DNA of 64,000 nucleotides from the IMG/VR virus record IMGVR_UViG_3300044644_001125, positions 263,257-327,256 of that record; one strand, given 5' to 3'. Position numbers and translations under genes: made by a program. The notes beneath the pieces are model-generated. The model was not told the origin of the DNA, did no database searches, and saw only the letters and a program-made list of their open reading frames with translations. Below, piece after piece: positions 10,866 to 22,900 of this stretch (its first letter is position 1; each line of letters starts with the position of its first letter).

Positions 10866-10901
10866 TACTTAACTCCATGGGGCTTCATTATATTTAGCCG
10901 T

Positions 10902-12692
10902 TTAAACTCGACCTACAACGATGTTAATAACACCATATTCACCATCAAAATCCTCAATGGCTTTACCAATCACTGTTCCAATTTTAGGGTGTGTGTCTGA
11001 AATAGCATACCCATTACTACCACTAACCATCAAATCACCTTTTTTTACAGTTCCAGTAACTTTACATGGTACTTTACCTTGTAGTGCTACTGGAACAACG
11101 AACTCGCCAGATGCCATTGAATTCATCAAATAAGCAGGTTGTGTCGAAACGACACCAGCGACTCTTGGTGATTTACTCGAACCGATTGTGACTTCAAACT
11201 CACCACCAAACTCAACTACTGTACCAGCAGGATATTGACTATCTGCTATATAGTTTTCAGCCAAGTCAGCATATTGCGCTTGTGTTGCAACACCATTGAA
11301 TTCAGTTGCATAGATTTTGTTGAATTTATATGCGGTTGAACCAAGATTAACTGATTGCTTCGTATAGATGGTTGCTTTAGAATCCCAGTTCAGCAAACCA
11401 GCAGCAGTTGATGTGATAAATGATAATGATGCACCAGTAGTGCCCATATCCACATCTAAGTTACCAGTCGTTGATTTAATTGTTGGTGCTGATGTTGATA
11501 CTGACAATTTAAGTTGGCTACCGTTATCTGGACCGACTGTAATACCAGTATTTGCAACATACAGCATATCTAAAGTACCAAGTGTTTTTAGATTAGACGA
11601 AACTACAGTTGGATTTAATGATGTACCAGTCAACGTAGTTGCGTTTGCTGGTGGGTCGATATCTCTAGTTCCATCAAACAACACACCATTGATACGACGT
11701 GCAGTTGCTAATTGTGTTGCAGTATTTGAATTACCGGATAAGTTAGCACCTCTGAATTCTTTTGCTTGTACGATACCAAACGTGCTTAGTGATGTATCAG
11801 GTGCAGTGACAGTTCCAGTAACATTACCAACTAAGTTTGCAGTAACAGTACCAGCACTAAAAGATCCGTTTCCATCCCTGACAACAACCGTACCTGGTGA
11901 AGAAGTAGAAGCAGCATTTAATGTCCAAATTTGTTCTGAAGTTCCATCAAAATCATTACCTAAAAGATAATTGCCTGCTTTTAGTAACTTAGTTGTACCA
12001 GCCTTGAGCGTAATTGAGCTTTCACCAGTAAACCCAACACCATTGATGGTAACTGTATTCTTCAATCTAGTAGCAGTATCAGCATTACCTGAAAATGCAC
12101 CTTTCATTGAAAGTACACTAGAAATCGTTAATCCAGCAACTAAGTCTAAAAAACCATTGATTGGGTTTGATGCAGCAATAGTAAACGCAGTAGCTGAACA
12201 AACAGCAATTGCAACGTCATTTACTGTTAAAATTAATATTGGTCTAGTTGTACCGGTAGAATCAACCACGCTAGTTGCTTTAGCTCTGGTAGTACCAAAG
12301 TTAACAACAGATTCGGGTCCAATAAATTGCCATTCAAAATTATGATAGGCATGTAATTGGGATGATTTTGTATCGAACCATAACTGGCCTGGTGTTGGTG
12401 TTAACGGTGCGGTGTCAGTTACGGTAGCTGAACCAATTGGACTCCAATTTGAACCATTGTATACATTTAAAATATTTGAGTTCGTATCAAACCAAGTTTG
12501 ACCAGTAACTGGTCTATTAGGAGCACCATCATTAGCAAAGTTTTCTAAAAGATAAAGGAAGTTTTCATTTTGAATTTCACCATATCCTACATAGTTTCTA
12601 CCAACTAATCCAATATTAGAATCAACGTTAAGTTGACCATCTTGTAAGGTCGTAAATTCAGTTCCATTGAATTTATTAATTGTATAAGGCAT
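10902..12692 (-). CDS. Tail fibre protein with C-terminal chaperone-like domain
   Basis: Same N-terminal family (GRNYVGYGEIQNENFLYLLENFA) and ADLAENY C-domain as 9111..10865. Confidence 0.7.
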   Translation of the reverse strand: MPYTINKFNGTEFTTLQDGQLNVDSNIGLVGRNYVGYGEIQNENFLYLLENFANDGAPNRPVTGQTWFDTNSNILNVYNGSNWSPIGSATVTDTAPLTPTPGQLWFDTKSSQLHAYHNFEWQFIGPESVVNFGTTRAKATSVVDSTGTTRPILILTVNDVAIAVCSATAFTIAASNPINGFLDLVAGLTISSVLSMKGAFSGNADTATRLKNTVTINGVGFTGESSITLKAGTTKLLKAGNYLLGNDFDGTSEQIWTLNAASTSSPGTVVVRDGNGSFSAGTVTANLVGNVTGTVTAPDTSLSTFGIVQAKEFRGANLSGNSNTATQLATARRINGVLFDGTRDIDPPANATTLTGTSLNPTVVSSNLKTLGTLDMLYVANTGITVGPDNGSQLKLSVSTSAPTIKSTTGNLDVDMGTTGASLSFITSTAAGLLNWDSKATIYTKQSVNLGSTAYKFNKIYATEFNGVATQAQYADLAENYIADSQYPAGTVVEFGGEFEVTIGSSKSPRVAGVVSTQPAYLMNSMASGEFVVPVALQGKVPCKVTGTVKKGDLMVSGSNGYAISDTHPKIGTVIGKAIEDFDGEYGVINIVVGRV

Positions 12693-12710
12693 TTCTAATC
12701 TCTCCTGAAC

Positions 12711-14513
12711 CTATTGTATGGCAATGGTTGAATCATGAACCCATTGATTCGCTGAAATGATGAAAACTTCAATGGTTCTTGTAATTGTAATACCAGATGA
12801 ATAACCAATAGTACTACACAATACTCGTAATTTAACACCATCTAAACCGCCAATGTAATTTTGAACTGGCATCAACTGGTCTATAATACCTTGAATATTA
12901 GCAATGGTAGTTGACTCTGTGATATCAATACTCAATGCTAAGTTTTGTGATTTGATTTGATTATCCACATATTCTAAATTTGCGGCATCATTTCTATCTA
13001 CTGGGTATGCAACACCTGTAATACGTGGACGTATACCAGTTGAACTTGGGATTAAAGCAACGTTTCCAATGTTACTACCAGAACCATTTAGGGCTATTCT
13101 CAAATCTTGGTTTGGTTGATGGGTTGATATAGTATTCCCAGTTAATCGTATATACGTATCACCTGGTCCAATATTAACAACCGCTTGTGTACCAAACGAG
13201 GTTACACCTGGGATGCTGGTGATAGCAGCACCAAGTGAAGTGCCCGTTAATACAGTAACACCATTAATTTTGAATTCTTTACCAGCCGCTAAGTTGAAAT
13301 TCTCGGTACTATTCCAAGCATTTTCACTCAATGCTGGTAAGTTATCAGTATATCCACCTGAAATAGCTTCTGTCGTTGAAGTAGAAGCTGCTTGATTTGT
13401 AGACGACCAAATTAGACCATGACTCGATGCACCTTGTACAATAACACCACCACCACTCGCGTTACTATCAGTTGGCGTTGTACCAGCATGTTTAGCCAAT
13501 ACGATATTTTTATCTTCTACAGTAATATTTGTTGTATCGATTGATGTTGTTGTTCCATTGACATCTAAATTGCCATTGATAACAATATCACCACCAACCG
13601 TCAATGTAAACGCAGAATCAACCGCAACTGTACCTGCGGTAGAACCGTTACTTGGTGTAATTACAATTGCTTTTTCTTGAGTATTGGTTGAATTTTTAAC
13701 ACCAAGTGCTAGTGTATTAGTTTGAATTGTATTAGCTAGTATAACACTACCAGAATTGACTGATAAACTAGCAGTACCTGCGGCACCAACAATAATACCA
13801 TCGTCGGTTGTTACCCTCAATTGGCCGGTAAGCGCGTTGGTCGTGGTGGTCTTAACATACGATGATGCAGGTAATCCGCCTAAATTGTCAGAGTTTGTAC
13901 TAGTTGCATTGATTTTAAAACCATCCAACGTACCAACATTAAAACCAATAGATATTGACCCAGTAAAACCGGCAATTGCACTGGGATTTTCTAATGTAAA
14001 GTTGTCATTGGCGTACAATCCCATCAATCTACCGTTATTGTACAAGCAAGTTACAACTCTAGTATTACCAACCGAGTCTAAAACACTTAATGTTTTTAAC
14101 CCACTTAATAATTGGCTATCGGTATAAGTTGGTCCAAGTAAAACTTGTTCAGTTCCGTTCCAGTAAAATAATTGTTTATTGGAGTCGTTATACCACAAAT
14201 CACCAATACCTGGACTTGCTGGACCAGTCGATGATATTGTAGCTGAACTAACTGGTACGAACGAAGTTCCGCTATACACTTTTAATGCTTTTGCAGTTGA
14301 ATCATACCAAAGCTGTCCTTTTATTGGATGCTCTGGGTAATCTGTACTAGCAAAGTTTTCAAGTAATTTGACGAAATTCTCATTTAGAACTTGACCAAAA
14401 CCGGAGTAATTCTTACCAATTAGCGTGATATCAGTGCTATATTGATCGATAGAACCATCTGGTACTTCTGCAATTTTTGTTTTACTATCAGATTTGTGAA
14501 TAATATATGACAT
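12711..14513 (-). CDS. Tail fibre-family protein
   Basis: Same N-terminal family (GKNYSGFGQVLNENFVKLLENFA...GQLWYD). Confidence 0.65.
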   Translation of the reverse strand: MSYIIHKSDSKTKIAEVPDGSIDQYSTDITLIGKNYSGFGQVLNENFVKLLENFASTDYPEHPIKGQLWYDSTAKALKVYSGTSFVPVSSATISSTGPASPGIGDLWYNDSNKQLFYWNGTEQVLLGPTYTDSQLLSGLKTLSVLDSVGNTRVVTCLYNNGRLMGLYANDNFTLENPSAIAGFTGSISIGFNVGTLDGFKINATSTNSDNLGGLPASSYVKTTTTNALTGQLRVTTDDGIIVGAAGTASLSVNSGSVILANTIQTNTLALGVKNSTNTQEKAIVITPSNGSTAGTVAVDSAFTLTVGGDIVINGNLDVNGTTTSIDTTNITVEDKNIVLAKHAGTTPTDSNASGGGVIVQGASSHGLIWSSTNQAASTSTTEAISGGYTDNLPALSENAWNSTENFNLAAGKEFKINGVTVLTGTSLGAAITSIPGVTSFGTQAVVNIGPGDTYIRLTGNTISTHQPNQDLRIALNGSGSNIGNVALIPSSTGIRPRITGVAYPVDRNDAANLEYVDNQIKSQNLALSIDITESTTIANIQGIIDQLMPVQNYIGGLDGVKLRVLCSTIGYSSGITITRTIEVFIISANQWVHDSTIAIQ

Positions 14514-14522
14514 GTTATTACC

Positions 14523-16184
14523 TTATGCTTTAATAATATAGCGAATTGCTGCGAACGGGTCGGTATTTGCTATCGATGGAACTCTAAACACGTTTGAACC
14601 AACGTATGCAGTGGAACCCTTATAGGTTTCACCAATAACAGCAAACAGTGCACTATAATCGTCTCGATTTTTTTCAGAACCATCACATGCCAAATACCCA
14701 ACTGGTACTGCACTTCCAGCAAATTGGCTGATGGTACCAACCGGCGTGGTTAATACAGTACCTGCGCTATTCTTGATGGTATCAGTGTATACTGTCTTTG
14801 CGTATACTTCATTCCATCGTTTACTTGCGGTTCCTAATAAAATAGTATCGGTTGAATTTGGGATTATATTAGCACTAACAGTAGTCAATCCGGTTACAGT
14901 CAATGTTTCACCAACTGATGCGGCTTTTGTGATACTGATCCCACCATTAATACCAAAGGTCGTCGGTGTTAATGAACCAGCCGGTCCACTTAATTGTTCA
15001 GTATATACAGTCTTGACATGAATTTCTTTCCAACGTTTTGGTGTGATACCAGCATTTCCAAGGATGTAAGAATCCGTAGTTGTTGGAATAATATTACTAT
15101 TTGCAGTAGTCAATCCAGTTATTGTTAAATCAGCACCAACTGTGATATTCTTTGCAACGCTCAATCCACCTAGTGTTTTAATACTGGTTTGTGTCGTGTT
15201 ATTTACAAGTAAAGTACCACTTGAACGAATATTACCAGTAACATCTAACGATTCGCTAGGTGCTAAGTTGTTAATACCAACTTTATCATTAATAACTCGT
15301 AATGTCGTTTTTGGAGTTCCATTAATATTCGTTTGTAAATCAATCCCACTACCAGAAACGGTGTTGTAAAGTTTAGCAGATTCGGTTGTATAGAATGCAG
15401 TAAATTCAGATTCAGCACCAATAGTTATACCCGAATTATGTCTAATGTTTATTGGGTATTCAGTAGAACTTATCTTATCTGAACGCATAAAATTAACAGC
15501 CGGTACTGTAAATCCATTAACGGTTAATGCACTAGCGGTTGATGCCGTTCCAGTTAATTGTGGTTTAAACCCACCAGAAAATTTAGTTAAGTCGGAATCG
15601 GTATTCATATTAATACCAGATGTCAATTGACCAAAACCAACGATTAATGGATTGGGTGTAAATGTATCTTTACTAATGATTAGAACTGGGACATCTTCGA
15701 CGTATAATGACAAGATAGATCTATCAATACCATCAGTATCTTTGATATGTTCGACCGTCGTCCCATACGATTTACCATCTTTTGAACTAACATTTGGACC
15801 AACCAATACCCATTTAGAACCATCAAATATATTAAGTTGATTGTTCGCTAAATTGACATACAGTTGTCCAGCTTTTGATGAATCGAGCGCAGGTTCTGAT
15901 GTACTTTTACTGATATTACTAGCAGCCTGCCACGACGTTCCATCCCACAACTTTAGATAACCATTGTCGTTGTCATACCAGATTTGACCTTCGACTGGGT
16001 TAGATGGTTCTGTAGCATTTGCAAAATTTTCAAGCAGATGCAAGAAGTTTTCAGCAATTAACTGCCCATACCCAGAGAAATTCCGACCAGCATACTTTAA
16101 ACTGGTTTCTATATTTTGAGTATTGTCATAAACCGTGATTGGCGTTTTGTTACTTGAATCGCTATAATCTATATTATACGGCAT
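14523..16184 (-). CDS. Tail fibre-family protein with C-terminal tail-collar domain
   Basis: Same N-terminal family; C-terminus PVGTISQFAGSAVPVGYLACDGS...YSALFAVIG is the phage tail collar pattern. Confidence 0.75.
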   Translation of the reverse strand: MPYNIDYSDSSNKTPITVYDNTQNIETSLKYAGRNFSGYGQLIAENFLHLLENFANATEPSNPVEGQIWYDNDNGYLKLWDGTSWQAASNISKSTSEPALDSSKAGQLYVNLANNQLNIFDGSKWVLVGPNVSSKDGKSYGTTVEHIKDTDGIDRSILSLYVEDVPVLIISKDTFTPNPLIVGFGQLTSGINMNTDSDLTKFSGGFKPQLTGTASTASALTVNGFTVPAVNFMRSDKISSTEYPINIRHNSGITIGAESEFTAFYTTESAKLYNTVSGSGIDLQTNINGTPKTTLRVINDKVGINNLAPSESLDVTGNIRSSGTLLVNNTTQTSIKTLGGLSVAKNITVGADLTITGLTTANSNIIPTTTDSYILGNAGITPKRWKEIHVKTVYTEQLSGPAGSLTPTTFGINGGISITKAASVGETLTVTGLTTVSANIIPNSTDTILLGTASKRWNEVYAKTVYTDTIKNSAGTVLTTPVGTISQFAGSAVPVGYLACDGSEKNRDDYSALFAVIGETYKGSTAYVGSNVFRVPSIANTDPFAAIRYIIKA

Positions 16185-16780
16185 TATAGTACCTCAGTTA
16201 AACCAGTTAAACTTTGAATACGGATCGTATAATCAATCTGCAACAATCTATTCAAGGATTTTTGAACTGGGTGGAAAATCACGTGTGTTAATAGTTTAGT
16301 ACTACCATCTGGGTTGGTTGTTATCAAACCCAACTCATCGAATACAAAATTACCATTCATATCAACACTGTTATCAAATGCTTCTTGATTTGTTGGTTCG
16401 CCATAGTCTAACAGACAAGAAATTACAATGTCACTAAAAGTAGCACCACTGATGTGTCTAACTTCCATCTTATTGCGAACTGGGTCCGTGTTTGCGATGT
16501 TAAATTGATTGACAATTTTTGAATACGTTTGGTTATATAGACTACAATTCACTCCTACGGTGTTAGGTGTAAGATATGAAATCAAACCAGTTGGGTCTAC
16601 TAACGTACCACCCGTACCGAATGCCATTGCATCTATACCAAGGCCATTATTAGTTAAACTATTAGCCATTGCAACACTAATATTTTCATAATGAATGGCG
16701 TTGTCTTTGTCTTCAAAGACTTCATGTGTGATTGGGTCAAATATCTTAATATGACCGAGAATTTTGTAAGTTAATTGCAT
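16184..16780 (-). CDS. Putative virion structural protein
   Basis: 198-aa ORF inside the tail operon; starts GHIKIFDP...NAIHYEN. Confidence 0.65.
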   Translation of the reverse strand: MQLTYKILGHIKIFDPITHEVFEDKDNAIHYENISVAMANSLTNNGLGIDAMAFGTGGTLVDPTGLISYLTPNTVGVNCSLYNQTYSKIVNQFNIANTDPVRNKMEVRHISGATFSDIVISCLLDYGEPTNQEAFDNSVDMNGNFVFDELGLITTNPDGSTKLLTHVIFHPVQKSLNRLLQIDYTIRIQSLTGLTEVL

Positions 16781-16800
16781 CTATAATACCGGTTGTAAGG

Positions 16801-16932
16801 TTAGGCTCTAGTCGAAACGAAAACTTCTTCCGTTTCTGGATCAAAAATCTTGATGTGGCTTTCATAATGAAAGCCACTTGTTTCGTCTGGGGTATTGTCC
16901 AATTGTTCTTCTTCAATACTGCCGTCTGCCAT
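16801..16932 (-). CDS. 43-aa small protein missed by the ORF track
   Basis: Hand translation MADGSIEEEQLDNTPDETSGFHYESHIKIFDPETEEVFVSTRA*; CAGGA RBS upstream; shares HIKIFDP..EVF with the next gene. Confidence 0.7.
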   Translation of the reverse strand: MADGSIEEEQLDNTPDETSGFHYESHIKIFDPETEEVFVSTRA

Positions 16933-16961
16933 AATTAATCCTGTTAGTTTGTATCTGGTAT

Positions 16962-19900
16962 TTAGCCTATCATCGCGGTGGTTTTTTGCGATATAAACTT
17001 AGCCATTGGTGTATTATTTTCCAATAACGTAATACCAGCACTTGCCGCCGTTGCAGTTTGTTCATACCAAACTTTACCAACCTTTCTATAAACAACGACG
17101 TTAACACTTGCATTAACCGGTATACTATCAAGTACCGAATCAGTCAGCCTGATGTAGTTGGAAGTACCATCGACCGAGAATTCAGCATCTAACAATTCAT
17201 CAGCACGTGGGCTAGTAGAACCTAATGATTCATTGAATACATGCATTGGATTTTTACGCAATCTTCTTCCGCCCACAAATACTTCAACCTGATCGCATGG
17301 ACCATATCCAGTAGGTATATTACCAGCAGCCCAATTAGTTCTAACAGATTTAACTGGAATATAACTCAATGGTCCAACCGATCTAGTAGAACCATCAATC
17401 ATGAATGATTCTTTCATCTCAGTTTCGTTGTATGGGATTCGTTCTTGTATACTTACATCAGCAACATCAGTTCCTGCAGTATATAACTCTGCAATTGCAG
17501 TTCCCATACTACCACGTCTTAACTGTGATAATGTATTGTCAGTAAGCATCAAATACTCGATACGTTCGCCGTTAATCAATACAGTACCAGGTTGATTTCT
17601 TGCAGCAACAGGAATAGATAGCAGTGAGGCGTCAGTTACTAAAATCTCAGTATCATAGTAGTTCAAATCTTTAGCCAATTGGATAGTTCCAATTGAATAT
17701 CTGTTATATCTAAAGACATTTAGCATATCTTTTGATATTTCATATGATTTGGTACTGCACAATTTCGATCCAAATAATACAACTTTAACCATATCAGATT
17801 CACTAGTGGTGTCTAGTAGATATACTTTTGTTTTATCATCGGATAGATAATAATCACGGATTGGTGTTAATTTAACGCCGTTCACATAAACCCAAACATA
17901 ACTTGAATCAATTGGCTTCATTGCTAATGCGTAACTAGCTTTTCCACCAACATGCTCATCTGTCAATAATTGCATAGTTTGGTATTGTGTAAACCAGACA
18001 ACATTAACCACATCGTTCGTAGTCAGTTCACTACTGATAATCAACGTATTTCCGTTAATGCTATACTCGGCATTTGAATTGTTTTCTATTAATACCACGT
18101 CATTAATAACCAATGAGTCAATAGTAACCAGTGTCATTTCTTCATTGAAAACGTAATCGACCAAGAATGATTTTAAAACACCATTGACATATACTTTAAT
18201 ATTACTAGGTGTTGCATAACCACTTCCTAGTTCAATTTTGAATTGTGCAGTTGAGCCAGTATAAACACCGTAGGTTGTATCAACACCAGTCAACGCGCTA
18301 CCATTAACATTCACAATCATTGGCGTATATTGATGGTTGGTTGGTTCTACTGCAAACATTGACAAGGTGAATTCTGGGTTATCGGTATAAATGAAGGTTT
18401 GTTCATTAATTCTTGCGATTGACGTATCAAAATCAACATTTGCATTTGCACCAAAGCACACAACCTTAACATCGTCAGACACGGTAGGCATTGGGTTTAC
18501 TGTAACTTCCGTTTTACCAGTTATTTTCTTGCCTGTTGTACTACCAAAACTTGCGTCAGTGCTAATACCATTAACAGTTACATAAACTGATGTGGTATCT
18601 TTAAACTTAGCATTTGTTGCAAATTTGGCTGATTTACCATCAGCAACGAACGATTTTGAATCGAGAATTGCAACACCACCAACCCCAATCGCCGTGATTT
18701 CAATGATAGCACCAGCCGTAACCGGTAATACAAACTTAACTGTATTGTTAGTTAGATTAATGGTATAGTGCGTGTCAATTGACTTCTTAACCTTATTCAC
18801 CGTCACAATAACCGATGAGAATTCGATGATAGGTAAACCAATACTATAGGTTGTTGTAATACCATCACTGATAAACACTGTTGAATGCAGTGGGGTTGAA
18901 CCAGTTGATTTAGTATCAAATACTTTAATACTTAAACTATCAAGTACTTGACCTGGTACGTTTTCTTCAGTTGCTGATACATTCTCTGGACTTATAAATT
19001 TACCACCTTCAATTATAATTTCCTCAGCCTTCAAACCAGTTGCAGTTGTATACGCGTTGTTCAATCTCTCCAACGAACCACCACTCATATTGGTATCCAC
19101 GATATTTGGGTCATTAATAACCAATGAACCATCGCTTTCTTCAGGTCTAAAGATTAACGTATCGCCTTGTATCGTGTCAAAATATGAACCAATATCAATA
19201 GTTGCCGACACGCCATCACCGATAAATGTTGGCATTTGTGCATATGGATTGATTGTACTAGTTGAATCCCATTGCGATGTATATGCAATATCATCCAATC
19301 TAATAACTGATGGCATTGACCCATCATACAAGGTGTATGCCGTTGATTTCAATCCATACTGTTTAACAGATTTCCATGATTCACGTTTAACATAGATATT
19401 AATGTGTTGACCAGCTACTGGAACAAATGGCAAAGTGACGGTTGTTGCTATTACTGGATTCGCAATACCATCACAAACATAATAGTAATCACTACTTTGT
19501 TCAACACTATCCCAATTATCAGTGAACCAAGGTTGTGAATCCCAACCACCAGTCACATCAAATGTAGTTCCTTGAACTTGAACTCCACCAAAATCCACAC
19601 CTGTTATTAACTGAGATAATTGATTACCTTTCATACCTGACATTGGTTGGTAGTATTTCGATATACGGTTAACACTATCAAGTAAACTATCGTGTTTTTC
19701 GTAATTTACAACAATAACATCACCAACTATTGGATTGTTATTGAATATAATCATACCAGAAGTAGCTATATTAGCATTACCAGCCGGTATTACCAATTCA
19801 ACCGTATATTCGCTACTAAGAATCAATTTATCATTGATATAAACAGTGATTCTATTTTTTTCATTTAGTGGAGCATACATCAAATTGAAAACTGATGTAT

Positions 19901-22900
19901 AACCAGTCGCAATAAATGTTTCAGTATTATACAGCGATTGATATAATCCAGTTTTTGAAATTCTATCAAACTTCATTGCTACATTAAATAGTCTGACCTT
20001 ACTATCACCAATTACTGCGATAGCCGAAGCACTTTTTGATCCGGGTGTATTACCACCAATCAATTCAACTGTTGGTGCTTCTTTATAGCCAATTCCAGCA
20101 TTTTCAATGATAATATTAGATACCACGCCATTTGATATGTAGGCTTTTGCAGTGGCACCTACACCAGTTCCTGTTATCACAACAGATGGTGGTTGATTGT
20201 AGTTTTCACCACCAGATGCTAAAATTATTTGTTTAACCGTAAACGTATTGTTATCAGTCCACCACTTCCATGGATATTGATTTAAAGTATACCAATCATA
20301 GATGGTTACCGGTTTATTGGAACCGCCGGTATATGCAACTGGTAAGTCAAAATCACCAATAGCAATAGACGATTCTTCAGTTGTATCATACTTACTAATA
20401 TACTCACGAATAGTTGATCGATAGGGTTTAACCTCTTCGATGTAACTTTGGAAACTTTGCAAACTATCGTTTTTATAATTCAATGGTTGTTCAAAAGGTC
20501 CAACATTATGAACTGCTGTTAAGAAACTGGTTTTAAAAGCCCAATCAACATATAACTGTTCCGCAAAAACTGCGCGAACACAAGTGAAGAATAGATTACC
20601 CCATTCAGTGGCATTATTACCAATGCAAATATCATGTTTTACTGCCCGTAAGATATTACGGAGTTCTAAACTAGAATCCATATCATAGCTAATAGAATCA
20701 AACGCAGCAGAACTATCATAACCAACTCCAGAGGTAACATCATCATACAATTTTGTAGATAATTGAATTGTTCCGTTTTCTCTACCAACCATAGTATAGA
20801 AATCAGAGAAAATACCGGCATCTACTGGAACTGCGATGCACTCGAAGGTTGCCCAACCACCAGATTCGAACTCTTTTATTCTAATCAGATCGCCAATTAC
20901 TGGATTAATTGTCTTAATTGATACGATTGCTGTGATTTCATTGGTTACTTTTGAAGAACTATTATAACCAGTTGCCCACCAATCAACGTATGACCAGTAT
21001 TTGGTAGTATCATATGCTTGCGCTGAACTTCTAACAAATTGTTTACTTACTGAATCCCACGCATATATACTCCAATAACCACTAATAGTAGAATCAGAAT
21101 TAACTAATACAGAATATGGTCTTACTGTCGCGGTTGCATTGCTGTATTTTTTACCACTACTAATAATATTAGCCTGGATTGCACTACCATTTTTATCAAT
21201 AATCAGTTGAACAACCGCACCAGTTCCATCACCAGATACGGTCACTAATGGTCCTTGATACCCAACCCCTTGATAATTATACGCAGGTATACTGATACTT
21301 TCATACACTGGTACGTTTGGTTTATAGCCGTATCCTTGTTTTACGATATTAACTGCTGTTACTTTACCATTAGTTAATTCCACACCCAACTCGGCTTGAG
21401 TTACTCGAGTAATACCAACATTTTGTAAATCCTGATAGGTATCGACTGTTGTATCGTAGTAGTTTAACTCAACGATCGGTGCTTGATCTACCAAATTAAG
21501 GTTACTAAAGTTCATGTTACCAGTAAACGGTTCAGTAGTTAAGATTGAATTTACATTAGTAATTACCATTTTAAGGGCAGGTAATCTATCAATAAACATA
21601 CTTTGGCGTGGTCTAAAACTAACACCATATTTCAATTTAGTTGGTAGTGTATTATCTGGTACTCTATTACCAACAACATCTCTACCAATTACACTATCAA
21701 TCCACTTTGCTTCTAATTCGTTAGATAATTCAAATGATTCGCTACCTTCAGACAATAACTGATATTCGTTATGAACTGGCACTTGATTATATGAATCTTT
21801 GAAATATTCAATATTAACCAATGCAGTTTCTGTTGTTAGTACCGAACCAAAGTTATAAGCTAACATTGCAGCAGGTGAACATAAACCAACAAACGCAATA
21901 CCAGTACCAATTGGGTTATCAATCGCATTTGCAACATCCAATGCTGATAAATTTCTACCAATCACAGCATCTGGTATTAATGCCGTGTTTTTAACCCAGT
22001 AGTAATACTGCGTTCCAGTGACTACACCAGTTACTGAATTATACAACTCTTTAACAACCATAACGGAATCATCTGAGTACAACGGCTGCCCAGAAATACC
22101 AGAAGCTAATCCTTCCGTTGTATCTGCCAATGATGCCCATTCTGAAGGTAATATTGTAGTTTTAACCCATTCATAAACATCGACCGTTGAACCAGTAACT
22201 TGAACATTCCAATGGCCTGTCCGATAAGTTAAATCATCTTGTTCAGCATACATCCATTTTGATTTAGAAATATCCCACCAAAGTGTCCCAACATTCTTAT
22301 CTGCCCATGCTTGTGATGGTTCTATGATTTGAGTTTCATCATTGGTACCAATAGAATAGACCGCTGGGTCATACATTGTTTTAAACGTGATTTCCTGTTC
22401 AGCAATATTCAATACTTTTAACTTTGAATTATCAACGTAATCAACATCTTGAATTTTCAAACTGTTAACATTGTCATATAATGAAATGCTTTTAACATTG
22501 CGAGTATCGACTACTTGTTGTTGAGATGCAATTATATCCCAAGCACCATTAGAATTGGTATTCGTGAACATACGCAAACATCCCACTAATGTGTCACTAG
22601 TCGGTAATGTGTAAGTTGGTGAACCAACAAATATTGATGAATCAGTGCATGCTAAACTTCCACCAAATGATTCATAAGGACGTAATGTAGGTTTTAATTC
22701 TGAAGTTAGTAGGTATTGGTCGCCTTTCTTTTCGAATACATAAACTGCACCGGCATATCCACGTTCACTATAGAATGTAGTTCTACCACCATCAAAAGTA
22801 GCATTGAATGAATCATAAGTTACATAGTCAGTATTTTTCGCACTAATTACTATTCTATTGTCACTAATAGCAACACTACTACCAAATTGTTCATTGGTGA

